Assembly: GCA_026023565.1 (NCBI GenBank)
Contig: JAPETS010000004.1
Location: 558,001 to 622,000, forward strand
DNA from: Cirrosporium novae-zelandiae
Lineage: Eukaryota
Reading direction: 5' to 3'
Length of the DNA stretch: 64,000 bases
The first letter of the stretch is position 1. Each line of letters starts with the position of its first letter. The position numbers and the translations under genes were made by a program. Under the pieces are notes generated by a model. That model was given only the letters and a program-made list of their open reading frames with translations. It was not told the origin of the DNA and ran no database searches. Shown piece after piece: positions 24,772-37,635 of the stretch.

Positions 24772-25013
24772 GATGAGTTGCAGTTTCAGTAGGCAAAAGA
24801 AATTTCAAGAGGAAAAAGTAGAAATAAAAGAAAAGTACTTGAAAGCAAATACAAACATGTATATCATAGTAGAAATAAACAAGATGGTCATCTTTTAGTT
24901 ATCATATTGGAGATACCGGAGAGGAGAGGACATGTCCGATGGTGATAAGGAAGATATTCGACCTTCTAATTAGATTAGATTAGATCAAAGATTAGATCAA
25001 CATGATACTATAT

Positions 25014-25043
25014 GTCACGTGACTGGATCCTATCCGCCACGTG
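25014..25043. promoter_or_regulatory. Two CACGTG E-boxes upstream of the permease
   Basis: GTCACGTGAC palindrome at 25014-25023 and CACGTG at 25038-25043, about 250 bp upstream of the permease ATG. A GATAAG lies near 24944. Confidence 0.4.
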
Positions 25044-26053
25044 CCGCTTACTTTCTTCCTCACACGACTCAATAACTCAAAGACGCAATGAAGCAAAGAC
25101 GCAATACGTTGAAGGATTCCCAAAAAACAAAACAAAAAATAAAATAAAAATTAAAGAGTTAAGTGAATGTTGTGAACCGTGATGAATTATTACATTAACT
25201 ACAAAGTACAGGACGGAAATAAAAGTCTCATCTCAGATCTACCGGTACTGAAGAATGACACCCCCGGCGGTCACAATTACTATCTCAGGGCAAGCTTCGG
25301 TTCTAAGGGTAGAAGTCAAGACGTAATAGCAGTTTGTCACGGAGATGAATTCTATCCCTGCGCCTCTATATCCACTTCAACCTACTTAATTTGTTCATGA
25401 TTGGATTGTGAATTTACTATACACTACTTTTTAGTGGAGAATACTTCCGAGGGAAGATCAATCGAGGGACGAGGATGTTATCCATCCCATGGTCCAGCCC
25501 TGTTGATAAAAAAGTCAGGGTCAGTTAGCATCAAACTTGCAAGTCTCAAAACGGCCATGATTTCGAACCGATCATTCAGGACAACTTCTTACTTACCTAA
25601 TTCTTCTCCACCAAGACCTTTGGATATTTGTCTACACCACCAATTCTTCGACAATTCTTGTCGATCTCTAGCCCTTTGAAGGATACCTCCGTTAGTACCT
25701 CTATCAACCTGGACGAATACAATCCCTACACCATGTTTTGGATAGAAGTCTTCTTAGCTCTGCTGAAGGCTGTTTCCCCTTGATATTTTAGACATTGTCA
25801 AATTCTTCTTACGCCGGTGGCGTCTAGCTAAATTCCACATCTTTGACCTTCCCAAGCAACGTCAAGGGTTCTGATATATTATCTCCTTCACTCTCTTTTT
25901 TACTTTAGAAGGTAGCAACTACCTTTGTCCATTCGTTTGTCATCGCCTGCCGCTGCTGTTACTGTTCTTAGATCACTTACCTAGAATACGAGACCGGGGC
26001 TTGGCCCATCATCCCCTCTATTGCATCCCACCCGAGTCGCTTTCCACTTCACC

Positions 26054-27345
26054 ATGGCGTCTGTACAGGATACTAAAATCGCCTCTCTGGCAGCAGGTTG
26101 GACCCTTGGATTTGGATTCCTTACTATCTGGGAGGCTATCAAGCAAACGCAAAGAAACAAATCGCCCCTTCGAAGCGCTTATATCTTCATGATCTGGGGC
26201 GAAATCATTGTCAACGTTGCCATTGGAATCATTGCATGGCTCTTTCTAGACGGAATTATAGCTAACAGGTAAGTTGCTACTGCTATCCTGGAAATCCATT
26301 ACTACTTTTCTCGTTTCTGACAGCGTATAGCGTGGCCGTACTTTTCTTTATTCTTTTCCTGTGGGTCTTCGAGGTACAATTTCTGTTGCAAATCGTTATC
26401 AACCGGATTGCTATTATTGCCGAAGATCAAAAGAAGACGCGAAGAATAAAATGGGGGACTGCCATCATCATCACTGCAGTAAATATCGCCGTCTTTTGCA
26501 TATGGATTCCTGCCCATTTGACCCCTCCTGTCAATGCTACGTATGCTATTATTGCCTCGCCCAGATGTAGAAAGTTTCCAATCCTAACAGTTTCATAGCT
26601 TTACTCTAATCAATAGATATTGGGATCGTACCTCAAAGGTTATTATCTGCCTTGTCGATGGTGGCCTAAACTGGTACTTTCTACACACAGTCAATCATCG
26701 ATTAGTCCACCAGCATGGACTCCTAAAATATAAACCGCTTGTTATCTTCAATGGGCGTCTTATGGTCGTGTCTATTTCTATGGATGTAAGTTTCTATTGT
26801 GGCCCCACATGCGATATCTAGCTTTGCTGACTTTAACACCATAGCTGATGCTCATTGGTCTTATGTCTCTCCCTAATCAAGTCGTATACATACAATTCCA
26901 CCCTGTGGCCTACATGGTGAAACTCAACATCGAAATGTCCATGGCCTCTCTTATCGTCCGCCTCGCCCGCGGCACAAACAATGACGCTGACCGCCCCGGC
27001 TATTCATCCTACTCGCATAATCAAAGCGGGGGCGCTCCCTACACTGGCAATTATAGCCAGAGTCACAAAATGCAGTCATTCGTACCCGCCGAACACTCCG
27101 CGTCGAGGAATCATCAGGACCGAGCGAACCACAGCGAGAGTGGTATTGAACGCCGAACAGATGTTCATGTTTTAGTTGAAGAGGCTTCGAGCCTAGACGA
27201 GAGCAATGAAAGCGGAAAGGGAAACAGCCTTCAGTACTCCGAAGGCGACGAGGCTCCCTTGAAGCAAGACCATGGAATGCCGATTCAGTCGCCTTCGATA
27301 TCCAAATTTTCTGGGGCTAAGAAGGACTTTGTCAAGTTGCACTAA
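26054..27345 (+). CDS. Multi-pass (about 6-7 TM) integral membrane protein with a hydrophilic C-tail, fungal GPCR-like architecture (exons 26054-26268, 26331-26540, 26599-26785, 26845-27345)
   Basis: Successive hydrophobic helices (LAAGWTLGFGFLTIW, YIFMIWGEIIVNVAIGIIAWL, VLFFILFLWVFEVQFLLQIVINRI, VFCIWIPA, HPVAYMVKLNIEMSM). Three canonical in-frame introns. Confidence 0.8.
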
Positions 27346-28561
27346 TATTATATATCCATGTCCGGTGGAATCACTTATAAATATGGAAGTGCCAATTAGT
27401 GGCTGGTTCCTGGGTATCTTTTGTTCCTTCCCGCTCGCTAGAATTTAGACTAGTCGAACATACAATAGGGGGTTTGAACACGGTTGATATGTTCGATCTT
27501 GCAAGTATGCTTACCGGCTATCTTATTCATGAATATTTTATGTATTCTTTGACTATAAAATTTCCCCACTTTACTTTTTTCTCTAAAGCACATTCCATAA
27601 TGATGTTTATGAATAATATAATGACAACCTAGGATATGTTAGGATCTACATTAGTGAATTTGCCGCGAATCCTCTTTCAATTCCATTTATCTTCAATCTC
27701 AAAAATATTATAGTAACGATACCATATAGGGCAGTACCAACATCCGGCTTCCATACTAGCTATTGGCGTGGTAACATGTTCAAACGTTCCTGTTTTCATC
27801 AAGGATAAGTCCATATCCTATCTACGACACGTTCCCCCCTGGATTTTTGTGAGCTTGGATTTATCATTGGCACGCTTTGGCATTTGACGAGGCAATGTGC
27901 CGAGTGGGGAGTGAGACAGAGGACGGTTGTTTCGTTGCTGGCAGTTATGGCAAAGATCCTCGATAATTAGCGTTATCTGGGACTGCCTTACCACGTTTAG
28001 TGAGGTCAAGTGAGGAATATTGACTGGCTTAACAACAAAGGGGGGAGAGGTCAACAAAAGTAGGCAGAGCTGAAATTGGGATACTATACAGATAGATCAG
28101 CATAGGATTCCTTACATATTGTCTCTACTATTTAATAAGTAAATCAAGACTTAGATTCAAGAGTGAGATTGAAGACGTTGGGGTAAGGTTTTCTAGCCAT
28201 GGTATGATTATCGTACTTCAGGTTTACAGGAACTTCCTAATCAGGGTCTTGTGAGAGTGAATTCATTGTCACATTGGTACCCACTATTCTTCTACCCTCT
28301 TTTACTCTCTCAGCACCAGAAGTATATTGTATCATGCAGTCCACGCCTATGAGAGCACATTTCTCAGTGAAATAGGTCAAGGTCTAAAAGGTGCCACAAT
28401 TAGTCACTAACTCCAATCAACCTTCAACGGCAACACTGGTTTTTTATCTCTGTCCTTGCCAGAGCTGAGTTAACTTCAAAAAGCTTCTATTGGCTTTAAA
28501 CCTCTACAAAGGTAATCATATGAACATGACCTTTTTGAATTCTCAAACTGACTAAAAGCAG

Positions 28562-28855
28562 ATGAACGAAAGCCATGACCACGAGCCCGGTTGTCCACCC
28601 AGCTTAGTCCCAGAGTGCTTCTCATGTCAGAGATCTCACTACGGTCCCTGCATCAATTGCTTAGGATGTGGAGGCCCACATAAAGGGGCTTGCACAGCAA
28701 GCTGCCAGCACTGCGGTTCTAGCGTTGGACATTCGACGGAGCGTTGCACCATGAGAACCGAGGGTGAGTTCAGGTGGGCCTCAAAAGCAATTTGGGAGCC
28801 TATCTACAAAGTCAAGACGCGCGATGCGAAAGGCCTACCAAATCTCGACCTTTGA
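28562..28855 (+). CDS. Small Cys/His-rich protein with three tandem zinc-knuckle-like motifs (Gag-like; possibly a pseudogene)
   Basis: Motifs CFSCQRSHYGPC, CLGCGGPHKGAC and CQHCGSSVGHSTERC. The ATG is directly preceded by an intron-like GTAATC..CTGACTAA..CAG (28512-28561). Confidence 0.45.
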   Translation: MNESHDHEPGCPPSLVPECFSCQRSHYGPCINCLGCGGPHKGACTASCQHCGSSVGHSTERCTMRTEGEFRWASKAIWEPIYKVKTRDAKGLPNLDL

Positions 28856-31070
28856 GAATCTACAGGAATGACCTCGACTGCCAATAGCTGATAATGGCGA
28901 AGAATTAAACTTCCAAGATCAAACCCAGCTTCAAGCCACAGCTGGGCGGGGTATCGAAGGGCAGGCAGAGGCAACGAGTAAAGAGAGCACGTTGAACTAT
29001 GAAAAGCGGTATCCTCTTGAACCGGGTGAATTGCCCTGGGTTACCATAGACCAACACAACCCAAAAAACAGAAATAGCTATTATTCGTCGGGGACCCTCA
29101 AGCGGTCCGCAATGTCTTTAGGCAGAAACAAGTTCATAACTTCAAACGTCAGGAAAGACGAGACCGCTGTCATGCCAGGGAGGAAAGAAAGAGGCTGCGA
29201 TCGCGATCACGATCGCCTAACGAAAAGCCGCGACAGCAGCAACAGCAGCAGCAACAGCAACAGGGTTGCCGAAGATCGCCGCTGCGCTCTCGTCGAGATA
29301 CACCAGGAAACATAGAGGATGACGTTAAAAAAGAGCCCGCTATAAAATTTGAACATTCACTATTGTCATATTACGACTAGCCGCTCACAGTTCTTGGCCG
29401 CTATAAGATCCACATGCTTCGGAGGTTGTTCAAAAGGGAACGTACAGTAAACCATGCTAATTAGTGATTCACGCCTGTCAAGGAATCAAGTTTTTTGCAT
29501 TAGTCTTCGGGGAAACCTTTTTTTTAAAAAGAAAATCAGTTAAGCTATCCTCCAACGGTGCAATTCGGGTTACAACGGTTCTCCTTCCGAAAAGTTGTCG
29601 GATACTGCCATCGTCGATCACCTCCCTCCCTTGATGTTCGTGCTACACGGGAGTTGCCCCCCATGCAGCAAGGCTCGAATATTTAGATCCTCACCGTTTC
29701 TAAGCCAAAATATTACTGGCCGGAAAGCTAGGAACAAGGAAAATAGGGAGAATAAGGAAAAATGGAATTTCCAATTTCATCAAGTCTGGCTCTTCAGCCT
29801 GGTTTACCCATCATGGGACTTGCCTACTCGAGTAGTCAATCTAAACAAAGCACATTTTTATACCTCATTTTGTTCTGAAAGATCGAATCAGGGTTCCCCT
29901 AATACAGAAGGTCTGAAAGTAGAAAAAAGTGATAAAATGAACAAAGTACTTGGGATTTAAGTCCTACTGAGCGTTGGGCCACTTATAGCATTTGCATATA
30001 TATGTTCGCCACCACCGTATCCTATTTCCTAATATAAAGCTTACATGATGTTTATATATCTATAATATACCTTCCCTTTCTATCCCTTCGGGCATCAGCG
30101 GCGAATGCTGGCCGGCAACGAAGTAATAATAAATAATAATAATAATAAATAATAAAAAAATAAAAATAAAAAAGGAGTGTATCAAAAAAAAGAATGATTT
30201 CCGGCAGCCTAAATTAGTTCCCGCAACAAAAAAAAAATAAGTTAAGTTTTGTGGAGAAGGGAGAAAGAAAGAAGGAATAGTAAGGATAAATAATAATAAG
30301 TACGGGTAAAGAAAGAAAGAAAAAGAGAAAGAAAGAAAGAAAAAAGGAAAAAAGAAAGAAGAGTGATTGGTTGGTTGGTTGGTAGCCTGGTTAGTGGTAG
30401 TGGTAGATAAATCATCGGGAGATATATAGTAATGGCTAGTAATGACAAATAATGAGAATATGGGGGCATAAGAGTAAAACCAGGATATCGGAAATAAGGA
30501 AGGATGTGGGTTTGTTACAACGGGTAAATGAGAGAGATTAGGCTTGAAAAGGGAGGTACTGTAGGGCAGGACACACACAACTTATCTAATCTAAGCGTTA
30601 CTTGTATTTCGAGTACTCAGTAAACCTCCCCCTCCTAGCTACCTTGGGACCTAGATTAATTTGGTTTTTAGTATGGTACAGTCTGTTGCTTGGTTGCTTG
30701 ATTGCTTGGTTGGTTCATCCATCCATCCAGTCCAATCCAATCCAATCCAATCCAATCCAGCTGAAAGTTTTTTTTAAAAAAAAAACTCAAATACCCCTTT
30801 ATTTTGTATTTTTATGTACTTGAGTATGACTTTGATCAAATGAACTTCTTTGTATCTCGTAACGGGAGGTTGGTTGGTTAGGTAACTTACTAAACTTACT
30901 CCAAAGTAATTTAATTACTGCACAAGGAAGTCAGTCAGTCAGTACCTATGTACTTACTGATAGATTGACTTGAAACTTTTTTGTCTTTGTATCTTTATCT
31001 TTGTCTTATCCACATCCTCCCGACATAAATATAATAACAAACCTGTAAGTTGAACAGAACAAACAAAACA

Positions 31071-31150
31071 AAACAAACAAACAAACAAACAAACAAACAA
31101 ACAAACAAACAAACAAACAAACAAACAAACAAACAAACAAACAAACAAAC
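31071..31150. repeat. (AAAC)20 microsatellite within a simple-repeat-rich intergenic block (about 30000-32400)
   Basis: Perfect AAAC run. Neighbouring (AAT)n, (AAAG)n, (TGGT)n, (TCCAA)n, (CA)n(TA)n and poly-A tracts. Confidence 0.95.
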
Positions 31151-31594
31151 AGAACAGACAAATAACTACGCGTAAAACTTCCCCAATCCCCCCGAACTTG
31201 ATAGATAAACAACCCCATCCTCCGTCCCCCCCCGACGAACGAAGGATCAATTAACCCCAGCCAAGTCCAAGCCAAGTCCAAGAAATCCAATCTTCTCGAA
31301 ACACCCGAAAAAACTATGGCGTTATCACGTATCAATATATCAATATCAATCCTAAAAAATGACCTTCCCCCAACTCCCCGCCACGTACTTTCGGCACGTT
31401 TTCGGCATTTGAAAGAAGGGAAAGAAAGAACGGGAAATATTTTGAATGATTGACGGACTGGGTGTTGCGGGACGGGTTAAGAGAAGGAGGAGGTGAGATG
31501 GTGTTGGATTGATGGATGATGAGGTCTGTTTATTTTTTTTGTCAGAGGGACGTTGGAGGTTATGAGGTTGATTTACATACATATCCATACCCAT

Positions 31595-31632
<38 letters not shown>

Positions 31633-32690
31633 CTCCCCTCTCTTCCCCCTTCAGAAACGCACCCAAGCTTGTAAACTCGTTAACTATAAGCCAAAAAAAT
31701 GGCCATCAAGTATATAACAAACAAGGTTTCCTCTTCCTCCTCCTTCTACCTATAATCACTACTAAGCCATCGAAAATACGGCATATACCGTACATTATAC
31801 ATACTTGAGTATATAAACTCCACCTAAGTAAGGGACGGATAGTTTAGATTGAAACGGCCACCCTCCTTCCCCTCCACCCTACACACTACACACACCATCC
31901 TCCTTCGGTCCGGTCGATCCACAATCCACAACCAAGTCTACAGTATAGTTTATTTAGTGACTAAAACCGTTTTACCTTGTTGATCTAGGGGTATTCCTTC
32001 CTTTCCTTTCCCTTACTCTTTCCCAAAGAAGTAATTTTTTTTTTGTTCCAAAAAATCTCATCTTTCACATAGTCGATATTTGTTAAAACTATAAAAGCGG
32101 GCGGACAGGGTAGACATGCTAAAGTAAAAAACCGTGATTATTAAAATACATTTGGGTTAGAATGATATTTAAAATTTAAAATGTCAAGTTAGTCCTTTGA
32201 AAAAAAAAAAAAAGAACTGTCATGGGGGGATTTTTTGTAAGGATCGATAGAATAATGAGGAAAAGAGAGAAACATGAATAAAAATAGAAAAAAAAAAAAC
32301 TTATAATGATGACGATGACGGTGACGACGTTAATGACGTGGAAATACAATCGAAGAAGTTAAAAAAAGAAAAAAAACCCTTGATTTCGGGGTTGTTTGTA
32401 GGTCTGTAACCTTGGTCTTATCCAGTCTCTCCATGTCCAAATCCCCCCAAAAGTAAACGCCAGAAATGAAGAAAAATAATTCAAAATCTCCAAAGAAATC
32501 ATATGGCACCACCTGCGCCCTTCTATAACATAAACCAAAAGGGACCTAAATCCAATGCCAACTCCCAATCCGCTATATGCCCCACCTAGACATATCCTAT
32601 TCTTTCACGCCTGAAACTCCCAGAAAACGGATTGGATGAGAATGTAATGGGTCCATGGCAGGATAACTCAAGCTCCCTCAACAGAGTAAG

Positions 32691-35572
32691 CTATCCTTTC
32701 TTCTTGCCCTTCCCCGCCACTACGGTCATATTCTCCTCCTCGAGGATCTCCGCCGTTTCCCCTAGCCCCACAGGACTAAAGGCCTCAACCTCTTCGACCT
32801 CTTCCTCGTGCCTATTTCCCATTTCCTCTGGCTCCTCAACCCACTCGCCTTCTTCATCCTCCTCTTCCTCTTCTTCAACAATCACTTCCCCACTCCGTCG
32901 TCCCGTCGTACTGGCTGCGTTGCTTCTACTACCGATACTCGATTCCCTTGCTCTTCCCTTGCCGTTTCTAGGAAGCGAGGACGAGCCTCCTCCAGGAGCG
33001 AAGGGCGGATAGTTAGGAAGGTTGGGAATGGCACCCGACGTATTGGTAGAGCTCAAGTTTGACGTTGCGACATGTAGCACTGGTCCCTTGAATGGACTCT
33101 TCTTCCTCCGAGCAAACACCAGGTTTGGGCTCCCTGGCACGGTGTTGTTTTGGAAAAAAGGAGCAGCTTCGTTGTATGCAGACACGGGTGGACTTCTAAC
33201 TAATCTTACAGAAGTTGGGAAATTGTAGGATGTGGTAGGCGTTGCCGGGAGGACTTTAACGGATGAATGCGGAGATCGACTGGTGCTTACCATGGAGCTG
33301 GGACGTGAGAAGATGGATGAGGAGTGAGTTGTACGAATACTGTTGGAGGAGGTGGAACTAGCTTTTGAGTGTGTGTGAGTGTGCCCACGGATGCTACGGA
33401 TAGAGCTCACGGAACTGGATGTAGATTTGCGACCCCGAAGACCGGTACTTGTACGGCGGTAGGAGGAATGCGGGGTTAGTGGGCTTGGGGAGAGGGATGT
33501 ACGATTTGGAAGACGGGGCCGGTTAGTTGCTGTTGTAGAGGTGGTTGAGGAGCGAGAATGGTTGGGCCGAAAGCCTCCTGTTGTAGGAGTAAGGGTATTA
33601 GCTGAGGAGCGTCGGCGTGTTGACATGTTTTGTGAAACTGGACGATGAGGTGAGCGGCCATGCGCGCTGTGAGGGTTGTGGTGAGAGTGTGATGAGGGCG
33701 GAAATTTAGTTGGTGGATTGTGGGAGTGTAAACCTGCTTTTGATGTATTTCCCGGAGAACGGGCGCGCTTGGCTGACTCAACAAACCACTGTTTTATGGA
33801 AGCGAGCTGATTCATTATCGTTCGTTGATGGCGCCGAGTAGGTGTTGTTGGGGAGTTGTTACTATGCCGAGACCTGGGTAGCGGGGAGAGAAGATCTGGA
33901 TTGGAGGAGACAACGTGCAAGGTGCTATTACGAGAGACTCGACGTTCTTTCGGGGGAAGAGGTGGACGATGTCTGGAGGAGCTAGTAGAACGTATAGGGT
34001 CTTTTTCGATAGGCGGAGGGGGGGTTGGAGAATTTGGGGAGTGAATAGTAGTACCCTCAGGAAGGTTTGGCAGGTCGTTAGCAACAACGATGGACGGAGT
34101 TGGAATACTTCGTCTTTTCCTCCTGCCTCTTGAGACGGTTGATTCTGCCTTAGCTTCACCGTGCTCCTCCTCATGCACATCCGCAAGTGTAGGTGCCATT
34201 CGATCAAGACGGCTACTGGCAGTACTTAACCGCCGAAGAGTTTTTGCTTCGGCTTCTTTCTCTTTCCGCTTTCTTTCCCGTCGCTTTTCTTTTCGATCTT
34301 CCTTCTCGAGGAGCAATGCCCACCAACCTGCAAGAGGATCACATCGCTGCGCAAGAACATTTTCAATGACTTGGTCAATATTCACACCTGCACTCTTCAT
34401 TCGATGTAACGTATCCTTCTCTAATTGAGTCGTGAAAGGCGCAGGTTGAGATAGCTTCAGGATGGCCTGTTGCTGCGGAGCAAATTCAGAAAGAAACGGG
34501 TGATTCAGAACATCAAAAAGGGCAGGTCGCATGAGGGGTCGTTTAGAGAGTAGCTTTGAAATAAGATCTTTCGCATCCACAGGAAAACGTTCAGAAAATG
34601 ATGGATCCTCATTTAAAATCCTCGCCTTGGTATCATTATCGTTATCCTCATCCCACGGTAATTCCCCAGCTAACAGAGCGAACAGTATAATTCCCAAGCT
34701 CCAGACATCAACCTTTTCTCCGGCATATTTTTCTCCCTTGAGCATTTCCGGCGCACTATAGCAGACCGTTCCACAGAATGTCTGGAGGTAGTTCGTCTTG
34801 CCTTCATATTCTCTGGTGAAGCCGAAATCGCAGAGCTTAACATTTTCGTGTTTATCCAATAGAATATTTTCCAATTTCAAGTCTCGATGGACGCAGGATT
34901 TACTATGGACGTAACAGACTGCTCCGACGAGCTGGGTGAATATCCTTTGGACTTTCTCGACGGGCAATGGGCCATGGTTCAGCAAATAGGTATATAGCTC
35001 GTCCCCTATAAGGTAAGGAAAGGTTAGATAGTTGTAGATAAACCATCATTAGGGATCATACCGGGACAATATTCAAGTACTAGCCACACCAGTTTCTCTG
35101 TCACGATAACCTCATAGAGTCTTGTGATATGGGGGTGCAGGAATTGTCTATGGTGATGTATTTCACGGGCGAGGTTTCCATCTTCCTTGTTCGAGGACTT
35201 GAGTACCACCTATAGACATCTCAGCTTGAATCACACAGCTCTAACGCGTCTAGACGGACCTTGGAACCATTGGTAAGCTTATGTGTAGCCAGGTAAACCT
35301 TTCCAAAACTCCCCTTCCCTATCAATCTTCCTAGAGTGTAATTTCCGACAGAACGAAGGTCTTTGGACGAAAATTCGCTAAAGTATGTTTATTAGGCTTG
35401 GTATTCTTAATATTGGTGGAATGGCTCACTCTAGAAGCTGTTGATATGACTGGGCAAGCTGAAGAATTTCATCATTAGCTGTCATCCCATGAAGCATATA
35501 GGAGAATGAAAGATGCAGTTTGCGCACCTTTGCTCTTTGGGCTTGCTTTTCGATATCTTGCTTTGCCAACAT
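32691..35572 (-). CDS. Ser/Thr protein kinase, CAMK-like/AMPK-related (Ppk16-like), with a long S/T/R-rich tail; several short 5' exons
   Basis: Motifs YTLGRLIGKGSFGKVY, VVLK, LAREIHHHRQFLHPHI, HRDLKLEN, DFG, TFCGTVCYSAPE and DVWSLG. Confidence 0.9.
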
Positions 35573-36214
35573 GTGTATCAAGGTCAAGTATTATTAATTG
35601 GAAGCTGTGAATAGTGCAAAGTTGGAAGGATTGCGGAGTTGAAGGAGTTTGGTTGGTATTAAGGGAGAGAGGGTAGAAATGCAGGTAATAAACTGGTGTG
35701 ATGACATGGAGACAGAATTATACAGATTTGAAATTGCCCTCATCACCATTGCTCCAAAGTTCAAAGAGTAAATATGAGGGGCAGCACAGTCTTGTATTAT
35801 TTGAGATTGAGATTGGAATAAACTCCAGCAGCCGCCATTTCGGGGGGTAAGCATAGGGCATTTCAGGGCTTTTCTTGGCCATGGACCAACCTAACCTGGA
35901 TTAATATCAGTGGTAGATACCAAGTAAGTAATTGAACGGTACCAGAAACAATAAACTAATTGCTATTAAACGGCATTCATTCATTAACCATCTTCTTGTC
36001 TTATTCTCTTAGTACTGTTATACTTCAAGTTGAAACCAGCGTTCTCTATGTATACTACCTAACCATATTGGAAAGTATAGCTACCTAATTGCGTAGTCTA
36101 TTTACCTAAGTACCTAATCCATTCCACAAAGCTGTTATGCTTTTCGAGTCCATTTATCAACCTCCACTTATCTAGACTAGGATAATAGCTGCTCCCTTCT
36201 TTGTTTAATACTTC

Positions 36215-37635
36215 CTAGGAGTTGGCGGATTTGCTCTTCAATCTTTCAAGGTGCTGTTGTGCCTTTACAGTTATGGCCAGCAGAGGATCTAAACGGCTTA
36301 TTCCGGGCTCGTTAATTAAGGATAAGGCTGCTAGACCGAGGTACGAGTGGTAAATATCTAGAAATCTTCAGCCAACATATCTAGCAGGAAAATTTAGGTC
36401 AAGTATACCAGGATATTCGTCCACGGCTTTGCCAAAACCTCCAACAAAATGTTGCGTCTTTTCTAGGAGGTAGCGCCGGCTCCTCGAGGAATCATGTAGA
36501 GATAGTTTCCCTATCATCTATAATTCATGTCAGCATGAACGCGAGACCACGGAGAAGTATCTGTACTAACTTCAAGAGAAGCAGTGACCCAAAACGTATA
36601 GCACGTATCCGCAAGCTTGTTATATCTGCCATTAAAACCAGCAAATGCAAGTTCTTCTGGGCTGATGGCGAGAGGTGCTAATGGATCAGGAGTCGAGGTA
36701 CTTGGATCCTCATCATCCGACTCGTATTCTTCTAGATAAGTTGTTTGCCTATCCACAAGCCACTTAGTCAGTCCCTCTAGATCGATGGTACTACTGCTAC
36801 CACGCCCCCCTAGATATTTGGCGGTATGGAATCGTGAGGAGCTATCTGAACTTTCTGATGAAGAAAAAACGCCCAGGATAGAGAGGGTGGCAATAGCACA
36901 GTATGTGAGGCCCCCTGCACGATAAATTAGAAATTTTCCTTTCGAAAGAGGTATCAACCCTTTTTTTTTTTACAACACACCGTTGGCTTCTCCACCCGGA
37001 TTGTCACAAAACCCGCCTTGGAAAGTCTATCATAATATAAACCCAACTGATACTTGTTGAATTGGGAGTATTCTCACCTGAGATGAGTATATGTAATCTA
37101 ACATAGAGCCAACGTCTATTGGCGGCTCCTCTTGATCGAAGCCACCGAGGATTGAGCAGACAACGGTGGCCATGTAGCAATACCTTTGCCCTCCTCCACA
37201 TTGAATACTTCCATTCTCACCCAAGCACTCTCCAAAGGTCCCATCTTCCTTTTGAAGCTTTCGTAGCCATTCAAGACATTTGGTTCCTTTAACTCGTCCT
37301 AGATCATCACGAAGACAGAGTAATGCTTGGAGAGCAAAAAGGGTCGCGCCTAAGTTTGGACGATCTAGACCAGGTGAGCCAAGGAATCCACCATCTGGAT
37401 GTTGACAATGATATATCCAGTCCACGTAATTTGAACGGACCGTCTCTGAGAAGTCGGTAGCTAAAATATCAAGTAGATCCATTGCGGAAACAACAAAGTA
37501 GGCCAGACTCATGCGCATGGATTCCATAGAAGTATAAGGAGTAGGCAATAATGTTTTTGCACACCTGAGCCAATATTGGACTTGCCTATGTCGATCGAAT
37601 ATGGTGGCATCTATAGCCAGATTGGGGTTAGACAT
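36215..37635 (-). CDS. CDC43: Geranylgeranyltransferase type I beta subunit (about 5 exons)
   Basis: YWLRCAKTLLPTPYTSMESMRMSLAYF, prenyltransferase repeats (CQHPDGGF, LQKEDGTF), FAGFNGRYNKLADTCYTFWV (Zn-binding D and C), QHFVGGFGK and DIYHSYLGLAAL (Zn-binding H). Confidence 0.9.

Noticed and set aside
25179..25251. Possible C/D snoRNA (GTGATGA...CTGA)
   Set aside because: No terminal stem and no guide sequence I can match to rRNA.
29443..29470. TA-CAGTAAACC... resembling a single Tc1-type TIR
   Set aside because: I found no matching inverted partner in the window.
30083..30122. GC-rich island resembling the HDV ribozyme 3' end (CTTCGGGCAT..GGCGAATG)
   Set aside because: No P1/P2/P3 partners upstream; only a small hairpin forms.
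30060..31666. ORFs with FFF/CLFV/VC repeats
   Set aside because: These are translations of microsatellites and homopolymers.
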